64,000 bases of DNA from an uncultured Planctomycetota bacterium (GCA_963841915.1 CAWJEN010000006.1:864001-928000); one strand, 5' to 3'; positions 39,204 through 49,346 are shown, counted from the first letter of the stretch. Notes: generated from the letters alone by a model not told the origin. Made by a program: numbers and translations.

Positions 39204-40004
39204 TCAAGCGGCAACGAATCGCGTCTCCAGCGTGCCGATGCCGTTGACGGATGCCCTCGTGACGTCGCCGTCCTTCAGGAACACGGGCGGCATTCGGGCG
39301 GCACCGACGCCGGCCGGGGTGCCTGTCAGAATCACGCTGCCGGCTCGGACCGTCATCGTCTGGCTCAGCGACGACACGATCGTCGGCACGTCGAAGATGA
39401 GCTCACTCGTGCTCGACGCCTGCATGGTCTGGCCGTTGAGTGTCAGCGAGATCGGCAGGTCGCTGACGTCGTCGAGCTCGTCAGCCGTCACGATGGCCGG
39501 GCCGAGCGGGCAGAAGCCGTCGAAGCTCTTGCCACGTGAGAACTGGCCACCGTTGAGACGCTTGTCTTTCTGCCAGTCGCGGGCCGACACGTCGTTGGCG
39601 ATCGTGTAGCCGAAGACGTACTGCATCGCATGACCGACGCTGACGTTTTTCACGTCGCGCCCGATGACGATGACCAGCTCGGCCTCGTAGTCGACCTGCC
39701 CGCTGTTGCCCGGCAACACGACCGCGTCCTTGGGATGACCCAGACTGTTGGAGCTCTTGATGAAGAGCATCGGGTTGTCAGGCGTTGTCGAGTTCGTCTC
39801 GGCTGCGTGGTCGCGATAGTTCAGGCCGATGCAGAGGATGTCCGTCGGCATGATCGGCGCCAGCAGCACGTCGGTTGAAGGCTTGGCGACGCGCGTGCCG
39901 GTCGGCTTTGGATCGAGCGACGTGCCGTCGCAGAGCTCGACGTCCTCGTCATGCTCGATGGCAAGAACGGGGTGGCCGTCGTGGAGGAAGCGGAGGATGC
40001 GCAT
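39204..40004 (-). CDS. Fumarylacetoacetate hydrolase family protein
   Basis: CIGLNYRDH, DYEAEL, NDVSARD, TGTPAGVG. Confidence 0.92.
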   Translation of the reverse strand: MRILRFLHDGHPVLAIEHDEDVELCDGTSLDPKPTGTRVAKPSTDVLLAPIMPTDILCIGLNYRDHAAETNSTTPDNPMLFIKSSNSLGHPKDAVVLPGNSGQVDYEAELVIVIGRDVKNVSVGHAMQYVFGYTIANDVSARDWQKDKRLNGGQFSRGKSFDGFCPLGPAIVTADELDDVSDLPISLTLNGQTMQASSTSELIFDVPTIVSSLSQTMTVRAGSVILTGTPAGVGAARMPPVFLKDGDVTRASVNGIGTLETRFVAA

Positions 40005-40036
40005 GCACCTTCTTAGCGTCGCACCAGCAGGTTCGC

Positions 40037-40849
40037 CTACTCGGCCGTCGGCGGCAGGACTTGCGTCGCGCCTTCGGGCTTGTCAAACGACGCCTCGTCT
40101 GCATCGACGAAGCGGAGGTTTGTCAGCACGACCTCGCCGTAGAGGTCAGGGTTGATTCCGTCCTGCTCGTTCCAGAGGTGGAAGGTCCAGTCGGTGCTGA
40201 CGATGACGCCGGTCTTATGGCCGTCGGCGTCGGGCACGTCGATGAAGTTGCTGTAGACGATGGCGTGCGGGTCGGCTTCGGCCTCTTCGACCGTCTTGCC
40301 GTAGGTGACGGTGTAAGCCGCGGCGGCGAGCTGGTTGTTGGTGTTGATGTAGAGCTTGTACCAGTCATCGGGCGAATCCCCGACGCCGCTGTCGAACGTC
40401 AGCTTGCCGCGTCGCATCAATGGCCCGTCGGCGTCGACGTCGAGTTTGGCATCATCCATTAACTCGATACGCGTGCCGCCGTCGTCGAGCTTGAACGGCA
40501 TCATCGCGAAGTAGGGCCACGTGATGAGATGAAACCGCGACCGGGCCAGAGCATCTTCGTCCGTCACCCAAGCCGTCGAGCCGTCGAAGACAGCGACGGT
40601 GCCGTCAACCGTTTCCAGCCGCACCATGCCGACATTGGGCGTCCACCAGAACTTCGCCTCGTCCAGGACCGTGTTACCGCGGAACGTGACGGTGACGTCG
40701 GCATACAGCACCGAATCGGCCGGTATGGCAGCCTTGCCGTGAGCCGCGGCCACATCAGCCGGCAAATCGAGCGACTCGGCGTGCGCCGTAGCGGCCCAGG
40801 CTGCCATGCCATAGGCGATGAAGGCCACGACCGGTGACGAGAAATTCAT
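40037..40849 (-). CDS. Secreted hypothetical protein
   Basis: Signal peptide; AAAHG, PFKLDD, GVGDSPDDWY; coding-like composition. Confidence 0.7.
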   Translation of the reverse strand: MNFSSPVVAFIAYGMAAWAATAHAESLDLPADVAAAHGKAAIPADSVLYADVTVTFRGNTVLDEAKFWWTPNVGMVRLETVDGTVAVFDGSTAWVTDEDALARSRFHLITWPYFAMMPFKLDDGGTRIELMDDAKLDVDADGPLMRRGKLTFDSGVGDSPDDWYKLYINTNNQLAAAAYTVTYGKTVEEAEADPHAIVYSNFIDVPDADGHKTGVIVSTDWTFHLWNEQDGINPDLYGEVVLTNLRFVDADEASFDKPEGATQVLPPTAE

Positions 40850-40874
40850 GCCACGATCGTAACGCGTTCGACGT

Positions 40875-42344
40875 CTAGCGACGCGACTTCTTCTTGTTGC
40901 GGTCCTTTTTGGCCATGCGGGTCGAGCCTTTGGTCTTGAGCCCGCCACCGGCCTGGGCCATGCCACCGATGCCGCCACCCATGAGGCCGCCGACCATGCT
41001 CCGCATGCGGCCGATCCCGCCGCCGCTCATGGTTTTCGTCAGGCCACGCATCGCCTCGAACTGCTTGAGAAACTGGTTCACGTCGGCCGGTTGTGAGCCC
41101 GAACCGCCTGCCACGCGACGCCGACGGCCGTGCTCGATGATCGCCGGCTTTCTTCGCTCGGCAGGCGTCATCGAGTCGTACATCGCCCGCATGCGGCCCA
41201 TCATGCCTTCCATTTCCGGCCCGGCCATGCTGCTGGCCTTGGCCAGATCACCCATGCCCGGGATCATGCCCATGACCTTGCTCATGCTGCCGAGCTTGCG
41301 GATCTGACCCATTTGGCTCATGAAGTCATCGAGCGTCAGCTCGCCCTTCATCATTTTGTCTTGCTGCCTTTGAAGCTCTTCTTCGTCGAGCTTGTCCTTC
41401 ACCTGCTCGACGAGGCCCATCAGGTCGCCCGCTCCGAGGATGCGTTGGGCCGTGCCTTCGGGGCGGAACTCCTCGAGGCCGTCGAGCTTTTCGCCCGTGC
41501 CGAGGAATTTGACCGGCTTGCCGGTGACATACTTGGCGCTGAGCAACGAGCCGCCGCGGGTGTCGGAGTCGAACTTGGTAAGGATCAAACCGTCGAGCTC
41601 GAGACGTTCATTGAAAGACTTGGCCGTCGCGACCGCGTCCTGGCCGGTCATCGAGTCCAGGACGAGGAAGATCTGGTGCGCCCCGACGGCCTTGTTCACG
41701 TCGGCCAACTCGCTCATGAGCTCATCGTCAATGCTCAGGCGACCGGCCGTGTCGAGGATCAGGATGTCCTTGTTCTGTGCCTTGGCCTCCCTGACCGCCG
41801 CCTTGGCGACGCTGACGGCAGCGCCCTTGCTCACCTTGCCGTGCTCGGCGGCCTTGCTCTTGTCGGCGTACACCGGTACGCCCGCCTGCTCACCGATGAC
41901 GATGAGCTGCTCGATAGCGGCAGGGCGTTGCAAGTCGACCGCTGCGAGCATCGGGTTGTGCCCGCGGCGCGACAGGTACCGCGCCAGCTTGCCGCTCGTC
42001 GTCGTCTTACCGCTGCCCTGCAGACCGGCCATCATGATGATCGTCGGACCGGGCGTGACCGTGTAAATCTTCGCATCCACCGGCCCCAGCAAGCTGACCA
42101 GCTCGTCGTACACGATCTTGACCATCAGGTCGGCCGGCTTTAGCGACGCCGTCACTTCGGCACCAATCGCCTTGTCCGTCACATTCTTCATGAACTCGCG
42201 GACGACCTCCTGATTCACGTCGGCCTCGAGCAAAGCCGTCCGCACCTCGCGCATCGCGTCGCGGACATTCTCCTCGCTGATCTGGCCACGACCTGAGAGG
42301 TGGCGGAGGGCACCTTGAAACTTTTCTGTCAGTCCTTCAAGCAT
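40875..42344 (-). CDS. ffh: Signal recognition particle protein
   Basis: ALLEADV, GLQGSGKTT, DTAGR, TKFDSDTRGG, Met-rich M domain. Confidence 0.96.
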   Translation of the reverse strand: MLEGLTEKFQGALRHLSGRGQISEENVRDAMREVRTALLEADVNQEVVREFMKNVTDKAIGAEVTASLKPADLMVKIVYDELVSLLGPVDAKIYTVTPGPTIIMMAGLQGSGKTTTSGKLARYLSRRGHNPMLAAVDLQRPAAIEQLIVIGEQAGVPVYADKSKAAEHGKVSKGAAVSVAKAAVREAKAQNKDILILDTAGRLSIDDELMSELADVNKAVGAHQIFLVLDSMTGQDAVATAKSFNERLELDGLILTKFDSDTRGGSLLSAKYVTGKPVKFLGTGEKLDGLEEFRPEGTAQRILGAGDLMGLVEQVKDKLDEEELQRQQDKMMKGELTLDDFMSQMGQIRKLGSMSKVMGMIPGMGDLAKASSMAGPEMEGMMGRMRAMYDSMTPAERRKPAIIEHGRRRRVAGGSGSQPADVNQFLKQFEAMRGLTKTMSGGGIGRMRSMVGGLMGGGIGGMAQAGGGLKTKGSTRMAKKDRNKKKSRR

Positions 42345-42520
42345 CGGAGACCACTCTATGGAAGGCCCCGCGGTTTCGTCCCCTCTGCCACGCAGACGGC
42401 ACGGATTGCCCAGAGTCACAACTGGTAAATCTGCTTGATTCTGCGCCCGATGCGCTGCATCATTGCGGTGTCCTGCGGGAACCGTGCGGACACATCAATC
42501 GGAGACTCTACCCAGAGATT

Positions 42521-43177
42521 ATGCACCCTCTTAAGACCCTCGCCGCAGCCGGCTTTGTCGCTGCCGCAACGACCTCTGCCAACGCTGCCCTTCAGATCGA
42601 TGTCACCGGCATCGACTTCACCTACGACGGCAGCACCATCAGCGACGAGGGCGGCGCAGGTCTGACCGGTGGGCTTGACCTGCTCGACAGCGTCGACTTC
42701 TACCAGGATGGCGTCCTCCTCGGCTCGCTGGACGCGGCTGACAACGCGGCCATCGATGTCAATGTCTTCGGCGTGAGCAACATTCCCGTCGGTGGCGGTG
42801 TGGTCTCTCAGGTCGGAGCGCCAAACATCGGCTTCGACCTGTTCATCAACGAAGGTCTCGGCGGTAACCTGTTCCTCGACGTCTCAGGCTTCCAGGTCTT
42901 CTACTCCGGCAACGAGATTGGCATCACCGGCGTCACCGGTACCGCCGCGATCTTCTCCGACTTCAACCTGCCGTTCGGCGTCGACTTTGACGACGACGAG
43001 CCGGTCAGCATCACGTTCTCGGGTCTGATCGACTCGCTCACGGACGACGGCACGTTCGTCACCGGCTTCACCGCCGATGGCACCGCCTCCATCCGCGGCA
43101 CGGCCGTCCCCGAGCCGACCAGCCTCGCCGCCCTCGGCCTCGTCGGCATGACCATGCTGCGTCGCCGCAGCCGCTGA
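42521..43177 (+). CDS. PEP-CTERM sorting domain protein
   Basis: Signal peptide; VPEPTSLAALGLVGMTMLRRRSR. Confidence 0.9.
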   Translation: MHPLKTLAAAGFVAAATTSANAALQIDVTGIDFTYDGSTISDEGGAGLTGGLDLLDSVDFYQDGVLLGSLDAADNAAIDVNVFGVSNIPVGGGVVSQVGAPNIGFDLFINEGLGGNLFLDVSGFQVFYSGNEIGITGVTGTAAIFSDFNLPFGVDFDDDEPVSITFSGLIDSLTDDGTFVTGFTADGTASIRGTAVPEPTSLAALGLVGMTMLRRRSR

Positions 43178-43197
43178 GTGAGCCGTATACCTCATTG

Positions 43198-43229
43198 AAG
43201 CCGCCCCCGGACTTCGGGGGCGGCTTTTT
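43198..43229 (+). terminator. Intrinsic terminator
   Basis: aagccgcccccg/cgggggcggctt stem with T5 tract. Confidence 0.85.
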
Positions 43230-43273
43230 CTGTTCACCGTCGGGCGATTCAACCCAAGCTCGTATAGCAGTTT

Positions 43274-43361
43274 GTACTCCCGAGCGAAGCGCAGCGGAGT
43301 CGACGGACCTCGCCGCGTCGACGCATCAGGGACAATGCACCACGGCTTCGCCCGGGATGAC
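43274..43361. repeat. Degenerate REP-like inverted repeat
   Basis: gtactcccgagcgaagc ... gcttcgcccgggatgac (14/17 complementary). Confidence 0.5.
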
Positions 43362-43394
43362 GGAGATGCACAGGTCTGCAGGCAGCCAATTGCT

Positions 43395-44801
43395 CTAGAT
43401 GCCGTCGAACCCGCCGGCGAGGTTGCGGAACGTCGTTGTCTTGTTGTCGAACGTCAGCTTCACCGTGCCCGTCGGGCCGTTCCGCTGCTTGGCGATGATA
43501 ATCTCTGCCTCATTCGTCGGGACGAAATCGGGATCGGTCTGGCGGTAATAGTCCTCGCGGTGCAGAAGCAGCACCACGTCAGCATCCTGCTCGATGCTGC
43601 CGGACTCACGCAGATCGCTCATCCGCGGCTTGTGGCCCTCGCGGCCTTCGCTTTGGCGGTTGAGCTGGCTGAGGCAGATGACCGGAATGTTGAGCTCGCG
43701 GGCAATGCCCTTGATGCCGCGGCTGATTTCGGTGATCTGCTGCTGGCGTGATTCGACGCCGCTCGTGCCTTCCATGAGCTGCATGTAGTCGATCATGATC
43801 ATCTTCACACCACGCTGCAGTGCCAGGCGGCGAGCCTTGGCCCGCAGGTCCATGATCGTCAGACCCGGCGTGTCGTCGACCCAGATCGGGAACTTGCTCA
43901 GCTCGGCCACCATCAGTGCCAGCCGCTGATACTCTTCCGCCCGCAGCGTGCCCTTACGCACCCGCTGCGCGTCAATCGACGCGCGGCTGCACATCAGCCG
44001 CTGGGCGAGCTGCTGCTTGCTCATTTCGAGGCTGAAGACGCCGACCGGCTGCTTCTTGGAGGCGATGGCCTCGACGATGTTCATCGCGATGGCCGTCTTA
44101 CCCATGGACGGCCGTGCGGCGACGATGACCATCTCGCCATCCTGCAGGCCGTGGAGCATGTCGTCGAGGTCAACGAAGTCAGTCATCAGACCCGCCCGGG
44201 CCTTGTCCTCGATCATCTCGTACACGCTCTCGGCGATCTCTCCGATGCCGGCGACCTCGCCGCTGACCTTCTGCTGCTGCAGATCGAACACCCGCTTCTC
44301 GGCCCGGTCCATCACCTGCTCGACCGACTCGTGCGGGCTGTAGGCGTCCTGGAGCGTCTTGTTGCTCGCGTCGATGAGCTTGCGCAGCATCGACTTTTCG
44401 CGAACGACGGCCGCGTAGTGCAGGCAATGGGCGGCCGACGGGACGCTGCCGAGGATCTCGGCGATATACGTCGTGCCACCGACCTCTTCGAGCAATTGCC
44501 GACGGGCCAAATCCTCCCGTAGCAAGACGGCATCGACGGGCTTGTTGTCCTGCCAGAGCTTGACGAGCGACTCGAAGATGATCTGGTGGTCGGCCAGGTA
44601 GAAGGCGTCGCGATCGACCTTCTGCACAACCTCGCCGATTGCGTCGCGATCGAGCGTCATACTCGCCAGCAGACACATTTCCGACTCGATGGAGTGGGGC
44701 GGCAGCTTGTTGGCGATGAGCTCGCCGACGCTGTCGCCAAAGGCGGTGCCGTTGGCGCGGCTGGAGGTGTCGGAGTCTGCGAAGCGGCGGGGCGTAGCCA
44801 T
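43395..44801 (-). CDS. dnaB: Replicative DNA helicase
   Basis: PPHSIESE, AARPSMGKT, IDYMQLM, LSQLNR, DLRESGSIEQDAD, KQRNGP. Confidence 0.96.
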   Translation of the reverse strand: MATPRRFADSDTSSRANGTAFGDSVGELIANKLPPHSIESEMCLLASMTLDRDAIGEVVQKVDRDAFYLADHQIIFESLVKLWQDNKPVDAVLLREDLARRQLLEEVGGTTYIAEILGSVPSAAHCLHYAAVVREKSMLRKLIDASNKTLQDAYSPHESVEQVMDRAEKRVFDLQQQKVSGEVAGIGEIAESVYEMIEDKARAGLMTDFVDLDDMLHGLQDGEMVIVAARPSMGKTAIAMNIVEAIASKKQPVGVFSLEMSKQQLAQRLMCSRASIDAQRVRKGTLRAEEYQRLALMVAELSKFPIWVDDTPGLTIMDLRAKARRLALQRGVKMIMIDYMQLMEGTSGVESRQQQITEISRGIKGIARELNIPVICLSQLNRQSEGREGHKPRMSDLRESGSIEQDADVVLLLHREDYYRQTDPDFVPTNEAEIIIAKQRNGPTGTVKLTFDNKTTTFRNLAGGFDGI

Positions 44802-44919
44802 GTGCGTCTGTGATCGGTCAATCGCGGCGGGTCCGTCCTGCGGAAAACGAACATTACCCGAACCGGCGAAACATTGGCAAGAAGCCGACCGGGCGGCCAA
44901 AGGGTACCTGCCAACGAGA

Positions 44920-44947
44920 CGACCCCGCGGCAAAAACCGCGGGGTCG
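44920..44947 (-). terminator. Hairpin downstream of PEP-CTERM gene (possible terminator)
   Basis: cgaccccgcgg/ccgcggggtcg 11-bp stem; weak U tract. Confidence 0.45.
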
Positions 44948-44978
44948 ACAGGTTGTTCAGGTTACCGAAGAGCGACCG

Positions 44979-45758
44979 CTACTTGCGACGCCGCAGGGCC
45001 AGCAGGCCGAGCATCGCCGAGCCACCGAGCGTGGCGACGGGCTCGGGGACGACGGTCACAAAGGTGCTGAAGTCTGTCAGGGTGACGTTGGACAATCCCG
45101 GGTTGCCGCCGCTGAAGCTCGCACCGATGAACTCGTTCGAGCGGAAGAAACCGTCGGCGTCGAAGGGGTTGCCGTAGGTGGCAAAGAAGTCGAAGCTGTC
45201 ACCGGCAGCGAGTCCAAGCTGCCCGAGCGTGATCTCGAATTCACGATCCTTCCCCATAACCATCTGGTTAGCACTCGTGACGAACACAGGGCCACCAGCC
45301 GTCAGTTGATACAGGCCAGCAAAACCAGACTCCATCGAAATGGCGTAATCAGCCAGGAAGCCGCTGGCGAACGTGATCTGCGACCCGCGGTCGGGACTTA
45401 CCGCTTGCTCAGATTGAGTTCCAAAACTCGAGCCGTCGTCCGCCGTAGAAGCGAAGCCGCCGGCGATCGAGTCGATGTAGATGACTGCCGTGTCGCTGCC
45501 ACCACCAAAGGTGCCGGGGCCGACCTGAAGGCCGAAGTTAAGATCGCCGGTCACGCTCGAATCGATGTTCAGTCGAGCACCATCGCCAATGACATCGCCG
45601 AAGCCACCATTGATGCCATCGACACCGCCGACGTACTCGCCGCTGTTGATGGTGCCGTCGTTCGTAGCCGACGTGGCGGTCGTGTCAACGACAGTCGCGG
45701 CATAGGACGACGCAGTGAGCGAAACGGCCGCGGCTGCGGCAAGAACTGCATACTTCAT
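44979..45758 (-). CDS. PEP-CTERM sorting domain protein
   Basis: GAGGAG RBS, signal peptide MKYAVLAAAAA, VPEPVATLGGSAMLGLLALRRRK. Confidence 0.9.
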   Translation of the reverse strand: MKYAVLAAAAAVSLTASSYAATVVDTTATSATNDGTINSGEYVGGVDGINGGFGDVIGDGARLNIDSSVTGDLNFGLQVGPGTFGGGSDTAVIYIDSIAGGFASTADDGSSFGTQSEQAVSPDRGSQITFASGFLADYAISMESGFAGLYQLTAGGPVFVTSANQMVMGKDREFEITLGQLGLAAGDSFDFFATYGNPFDADGFFRSNEFIGASFSGGNPGLSNVTLTDFSTFVTVVPEPVATLGGSAMLGLLALRRRK

Positions 45759-45819
45759 CTTGTCTCCTCTGAGTTTACCGCCAGACCGCAACCACTGCGG
45801 CCACGACGGGCATCAGAGA

Positions 45820-45847
45820 AGGTTAACCGTTTTACGCCGCCTGTCAA
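45820..45847 (-). promoter_or_regulatory. Putative sigma70-type promoter
   Basis: TTGACA-N16-TAACCT on the minus strand. Confidence 0.55.
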
Positions 45848-45917
45848 GTAGGCAGGTGCAGCAAAAACTTCGACCGGCACAGCCGCTGCCTTGGCGTACG
45901 CATCGGCGGCCGACAAC

Positions 45918-45951
45918 AAAAAGCACCCCACGACAGCGTCGCGGGGTGCTT
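45918..45951 (-). terminator. Intrinsic terminator after rplI
   Basis: aagcacccc/ggggtgctt stem with T5 on the minus strand. Confidence 0.8.
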
Positions 45952-45974
45952 CCAGTATTTTGGAATTGCTGACG

Positions 45975-46610
45975 CTACTTCGAAGCCTTCTCGCTCTCGA
46001 AGTCGTTCAGCGCCGCCTCACGGGCGGCCGCCTCCTGGGCGGCTTGGGCTTCGTCACGCTCGCGTTGCTCGATCTCGAACTCCTCGATGGCGTCGCGGGA
46101 CTCTTCATCAGGCTTGACCACAACCGCGATCTCGCGGATGAGGTCGTCGGCGAAGCGGACATCTGCCTCGAATCGGCCGACCGAGTCGATCTTGCCGTGC
46201 AGGTTGATCTCGTCAGCCGTGATGACCGCGTGTTCGTGCTCGGCCAGGCCGGCCTCGCCGAGGGCGTGGGCGATGTCGCTGGCACCGACGCTGCCGTACA
46301 GGCCGCCACGCTCGTTAGCTCGGCGGACCAGCATGACATCATGCCCTTCGAGCTTGGCCAGTAGGGCTTCCTGCTGCGAGCGTCGCTCAGCCTCGAACTT
46401 CTCGTAGTCCTTCCGCTTGCTCTCAATCCGCTCGAGGTTCTTAGGCGTCGGCGTCATGGCCAGGCCACGCGGGACGAGGTAGTTGCGGGCGTAACCGGGT
46501 GCAACCTTGACAACATCACCGACCTTGCCGAGGTGGCGGATCGTCTCGTTGAGGAGCAGCTTGACGTCGCGATCTGCGACCTTCTTTTTCTTGCGGGAGA
46601 GGCGTGACAT
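45975..46610 (-). CDS. rplI: 50S ribosomal protein L9
   Basis: LGKVGDVVKVAPGYARNYLVP, LYGSVG. Confidence 0.95.
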   Translation of the reverse strand: MSRLSRKKKKVADRDVKLLLNETIRHLGKVGDVVKVAPGYARNYLVPRGLAMTPTPKNLERIESKRKDYEKFEAERRSQQEALLAKLEGHDVMLVRRANERGGLYGSVGASDIAHALGEAGLAEHEHAVITADEINLHGKIDSVGRFEADVRFADDLIREIAVVVKPDEESRDAIEEFEIEQRERDEAQAAQEAAAREAALNDFESEKASK

Positions 46611-46687
46611 GAATGGATCGGGGTCAGGAGCAGGGGAAAAGGCTCGTGTCCTGGCGGTCGGGATGCCAGTTAGGCCGGGGAAGGAAG

Positions 46688-46747
46688 ATACGAGTACCGA
46701 GAGATGGGGGACGGGAAGTCAGATTCTGCCCTCGTTACTCGTGACTC
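46688..46747. repeat. Inverted heptamer-repeat cassette
   Basis: atacgag/taccgag/agatggg/ggacggg ... ctcgtta/ctcgtga/ctc. Confidence 0.6.
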
Positions 46748-47285
46748 AAAATGGAATGTCGTCGTCGCCGAACTGTTCCTGATCGTCAAACGGCTCGGCG
46801 GCGGGTTGTTTGTCGGGTTGGCGACTGGACGGGGCTGAACGCCTGGATCCGCCGCCACCGCGTGGGGCATCGTCATACTCGTCGCCGCCACCACTACGGC
46901 TGCTGCCGCGGGAGTAGCTGCCGCCACCACCACCATCACCACCCGCGTCGTCGCGGCCACCGATGAATTGGAAGTTGTCGACGACGACGCTGAGCTTGCT
47001 CCGCTTACCGCCGCCGTTGCGGTCGTCCCAGGAGTCGAACTTGAGTCGGCCTTCGATGAAGATCGGCTTACCCTTGGTGCAGTACTGGTTGATGACCTCG
47101 CCCGTGCGGCCGAATGCGGTGCAGTCGACGAAGAGCACTTCTTCGCGATCTTCGCCGCCTTGCGTGCGGAACTTGCGGTTGCTGGCGATGCCGAACTCAC
47201 AGACGGCAGTCTGGCTCGGCAGATACTTCATCTGCGGGTCACGCGTCAGGTTGCCCATCAGCAGCACTTTGTTGAAGCTGGCCAT
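46746..47285 (-). CDS. ssb: Single-stranded DNA-binding protein
   Basis: NKVLLMGNLTRDP, C-terminal DDDIPF. Confidence 0.96.
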   Translation of the reverse strand: MASFNKVLLMGNLTRDPQMKYLPSQTAVCEFGIASNRKFRTQGGEDREEVLFVDCTAFGRTGEVINQYCTKGKPIFIEGRLKFDSWDDRNGGGKRSKLSVVVDNFQFIGGRDDAGGDGGGGGSYSRGSSRSGGGDEYDDAPRGGGGSRRSAPSSRQPDKQPAAEPFDDQEQFGDDDIPF

Positions 47286-47374
47286 AGCGGTGAGGGTAAG
47301 GGAAAATCAGCGGGCGTGCGGTCGTACCGCCTCCGATAGCCGAGCCACTGAAACGGCTCGCCCGTCCGCGTCAA

Positions 47375-47833
47375 CTACTCGCTGTCGCTTTCGTCGCCGC
47401 CCTCGTCGTCAGAGTCGCTGTAGGCCTCGGCCTCTTCGGCTCGCTCGGCAGCGGGACGGCGGGGGCCGTCGTCGTCACGGCTCTTGCGGGGCGCCGGCTT
47501 CTGCGGCTGCATCGCTTCGACTTCGGCGGCCGACAGGTGCGAGGCGTCGGTGATGAGGCACCGCAGGATGTCGTCGGTGATGTTCACCTCGCGGTTGATC
47601 GCCTCGATGGCGGGCGGCGGGGCGTGGAAGAACGTCGAAATGTAAACGCCGCGGGTCTGCTTCTTGACCTCGTAGGCGAGCTTGCGGTCGTCCCACTTCC
47701 TGAGCACATCGGCCGTGCCGCCGTGCTTTTCGATGAGGGTGCGCACCGACGACATGGTGTCGTCCAGATTCGCGCTGGCACTGGAGCCGAAGAGGAAGAG
47801 ACCTTCGTAAGCGCGGGATTCGTCAGCAGACAT
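47375..47833 (-). CDS. rpsF: 30S ribosomal protein S6
   Basis: YEGLFL, WDDRKLAYEV, DDILRCLI. Confidence 0.93.
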   Translation of the reverse strand: MSADESRAYEGLFLFGSSASANLDDTMSSVRTLIEKHGGTADVLRKWDDRKLAYEVKKQTRGVYISTFFHAPPPAIEAINREVNITDDILRCLITDASHLSAAEVEAMQPQKPAPRKSRDDDGPRRPAAERAEEAEAYSDSDDEGGDESDSE

Positions 47834-47938
47834 GATGAGGCGTTGGGTGAGGGAGGCTTCGCGGAAGCGACGTTCGTTGTCGCTGCCGACGCCACGCGTC
47901 GGCGAAGTCGGGCGGGCACTGTAGGCCCGAGGAACGAG

Positions 47939-48535
47939 CTACGCGTTGAACTCGTTCATGGCCTTTGTCAGGCCGTCCTGCACCCACGCAAGGCAGCAGG
48001 CGGCGGCTTTGGGCAGGGAGGCATCGATGTCGCCTCGCTGCTCGGGCGTGAACTGGCCGAGCACCCAATCCTTGCCGGCGACGGGGCCGGGAGGCGGATC
48101 GATGCCGACGCGGAGGCGAGCGTAGGTCTTGGAGCCCAGGGCTCTGGCGACATCTTTGAGGCCGTTGTGCCCGCCGTCGCTCCCGTCGCCGCGGAGACGG
48201 AGCTTGCCCGCCGGCAAGGCCAGCTCGTCGACGACGACCAGCACCTTCTCGGGTGGCACCTTGTAGAAGCCCACCGCTTGCTTCAGGCTCCTGCCGCTGA
48301 GGTTCATGAATGTGATCGGCTTGACCAGCAACAGCTTTTCAGTGCTGCCGTTTGGCAGGTCGGCTACGCCCTCGAACGTCATCGCCTCGAACCGCGTGCG
48401 GCTGAGGCGGTTGAAGTCACCGACCGGAGCCCAGCCTACTCGCTCGGCCAGTGCGTCGAGCACCTCCCACCCGACGTTGTGCCGGGTACCTTCGTACTCG
48501 CGTCCGGGATTGCCGAGGCCGAGGATGAGGTGCAT
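47939..48535 (-). CDS. pth: Peptidyl-tRNA hydrolase
   Basis: GLGNPGREYEGTRHNVG, FMNLSG, GGHNGLK. Confidence 0.95.
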   Translation of the reverse strand: MHLILGLGNPGREYEGTRHNVGWEVLDALAERVGWAPVGDFNRLSRTRFEAMTFEGVADLPNGSTEKLLLVKPITFMNLSGRSLKQAVGFYKVPPEKVLVVVDELALPAGKLRLRGDGSDGGHNGLKDVARALGSKTYARLRVGIDPPPGPVAGKDWVLGQFTPEQRGDIDASLPKAAACCLAWVQDGLTKAMNEFNA

Positions 48536-48559
48536 GACTGAATAGAGGTGAGTGAAAAT

Positions 48560-48611
48560 GAAAGAGGAACGAGATCGGAGTGCAGGATGTTGCACTCGTT
48601 CCTCGTTCCTC
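48560..48611. repeat. Inverted heptamer-repeat cassette
   Basis: gaaagag/gaacgag/atcggag tgca..tgca ctcgttc/ctcgttc/ctc. Confidence 0.65.
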
Positions 48612-48630
48612 ACAGCTTCGACCAGGTTGC

Positions 48631-49314
48631 TCAGGCGTTGGGGCTTTGGGCCGTGTCACCTTCACCGGCGGCGTCGGCGGAGGCCTTGTCGCCGATGATT
48701 TCGGGCTCGTCACCGCTGAGCACGGGAGCACCAGTCTCAGGCGTCTCCTCATCCTTGTCGGGACGCGGGGCGGCCACCATGGCGACGGTGAAATCGCCCT
48801 CCATCGGAGGCAGCCTGACGCCGTCGGGCAGCTTGATGTCCCCGATGTGCAGCGAGTCACCGATCTCCAGGCCACTGATGTCGGCCGTAATCTCGTCGGG
48901 CAGTGCGCTGACCTTGCAGACGATCTCGAGCGTGTCGCGCATCTGCGTGAGGATGCCGCCCTCGATGGCTCCCTTGGCCTCGCCGATGAGCTTCAGTGCG
49001 ACCTCGCTGGTGATCTCTTCGTTCATGTCGACGCGGAAGAGGTCGACGTGAAGGATCTCGATGCCGAGGTGGTCGTACTGGACGTCCTTGACGAGGACCT
49101 GCTGCGTCTTGCCCTCGAGCTTGAGGTCGAGCACGTGGCCGCCCTTGCTGAAGGCTTCGAGGGTTTGCTTCGTGGGCAGGGTCAGGCTTTGTACCTCTTC
49201 GCCGTGGCCGTACAGCACGGCCGGAAGGTGGCCTTCCTTACGCATGCGGCGGCTGTTGCGGGTGCCAAGCTTCTCGCGAAGTTCAGCGTTCAATTCGATC
49301 TGGGTGTGGCTCAT
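48631..49314 (-). CDS. rplY: 50S ribosomal protein L25/Ctc
   Basis: RRMRKEGHLPAVLYGHG, ILHVDL. Confidence 0.95.
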   Translation of the reverse strand: MSHTQIELNAELREKLGTRNSRRMRKEGHLPAVLYGHGEEVQSLTLPTKQTLEAFSKGGHVLDLKLEGKTQQVLVKDVQYDHLGIEILHVDLFRVDMNEEITSEVALKLIGEAKGAIEGGILTQMRDTLEIVCKVSALPDEITADISGLEIGDSLHIGDIKLPDGVRLPPMEGDFTVAMVAAPRPDKDEETPETGAPVLSGDEPEIIGDKASADAAGEGDTAQSPNA

Positions 49315-49346
49315 CTGCGTGTCTCTCTAACGGAGGGTCAATGGGT

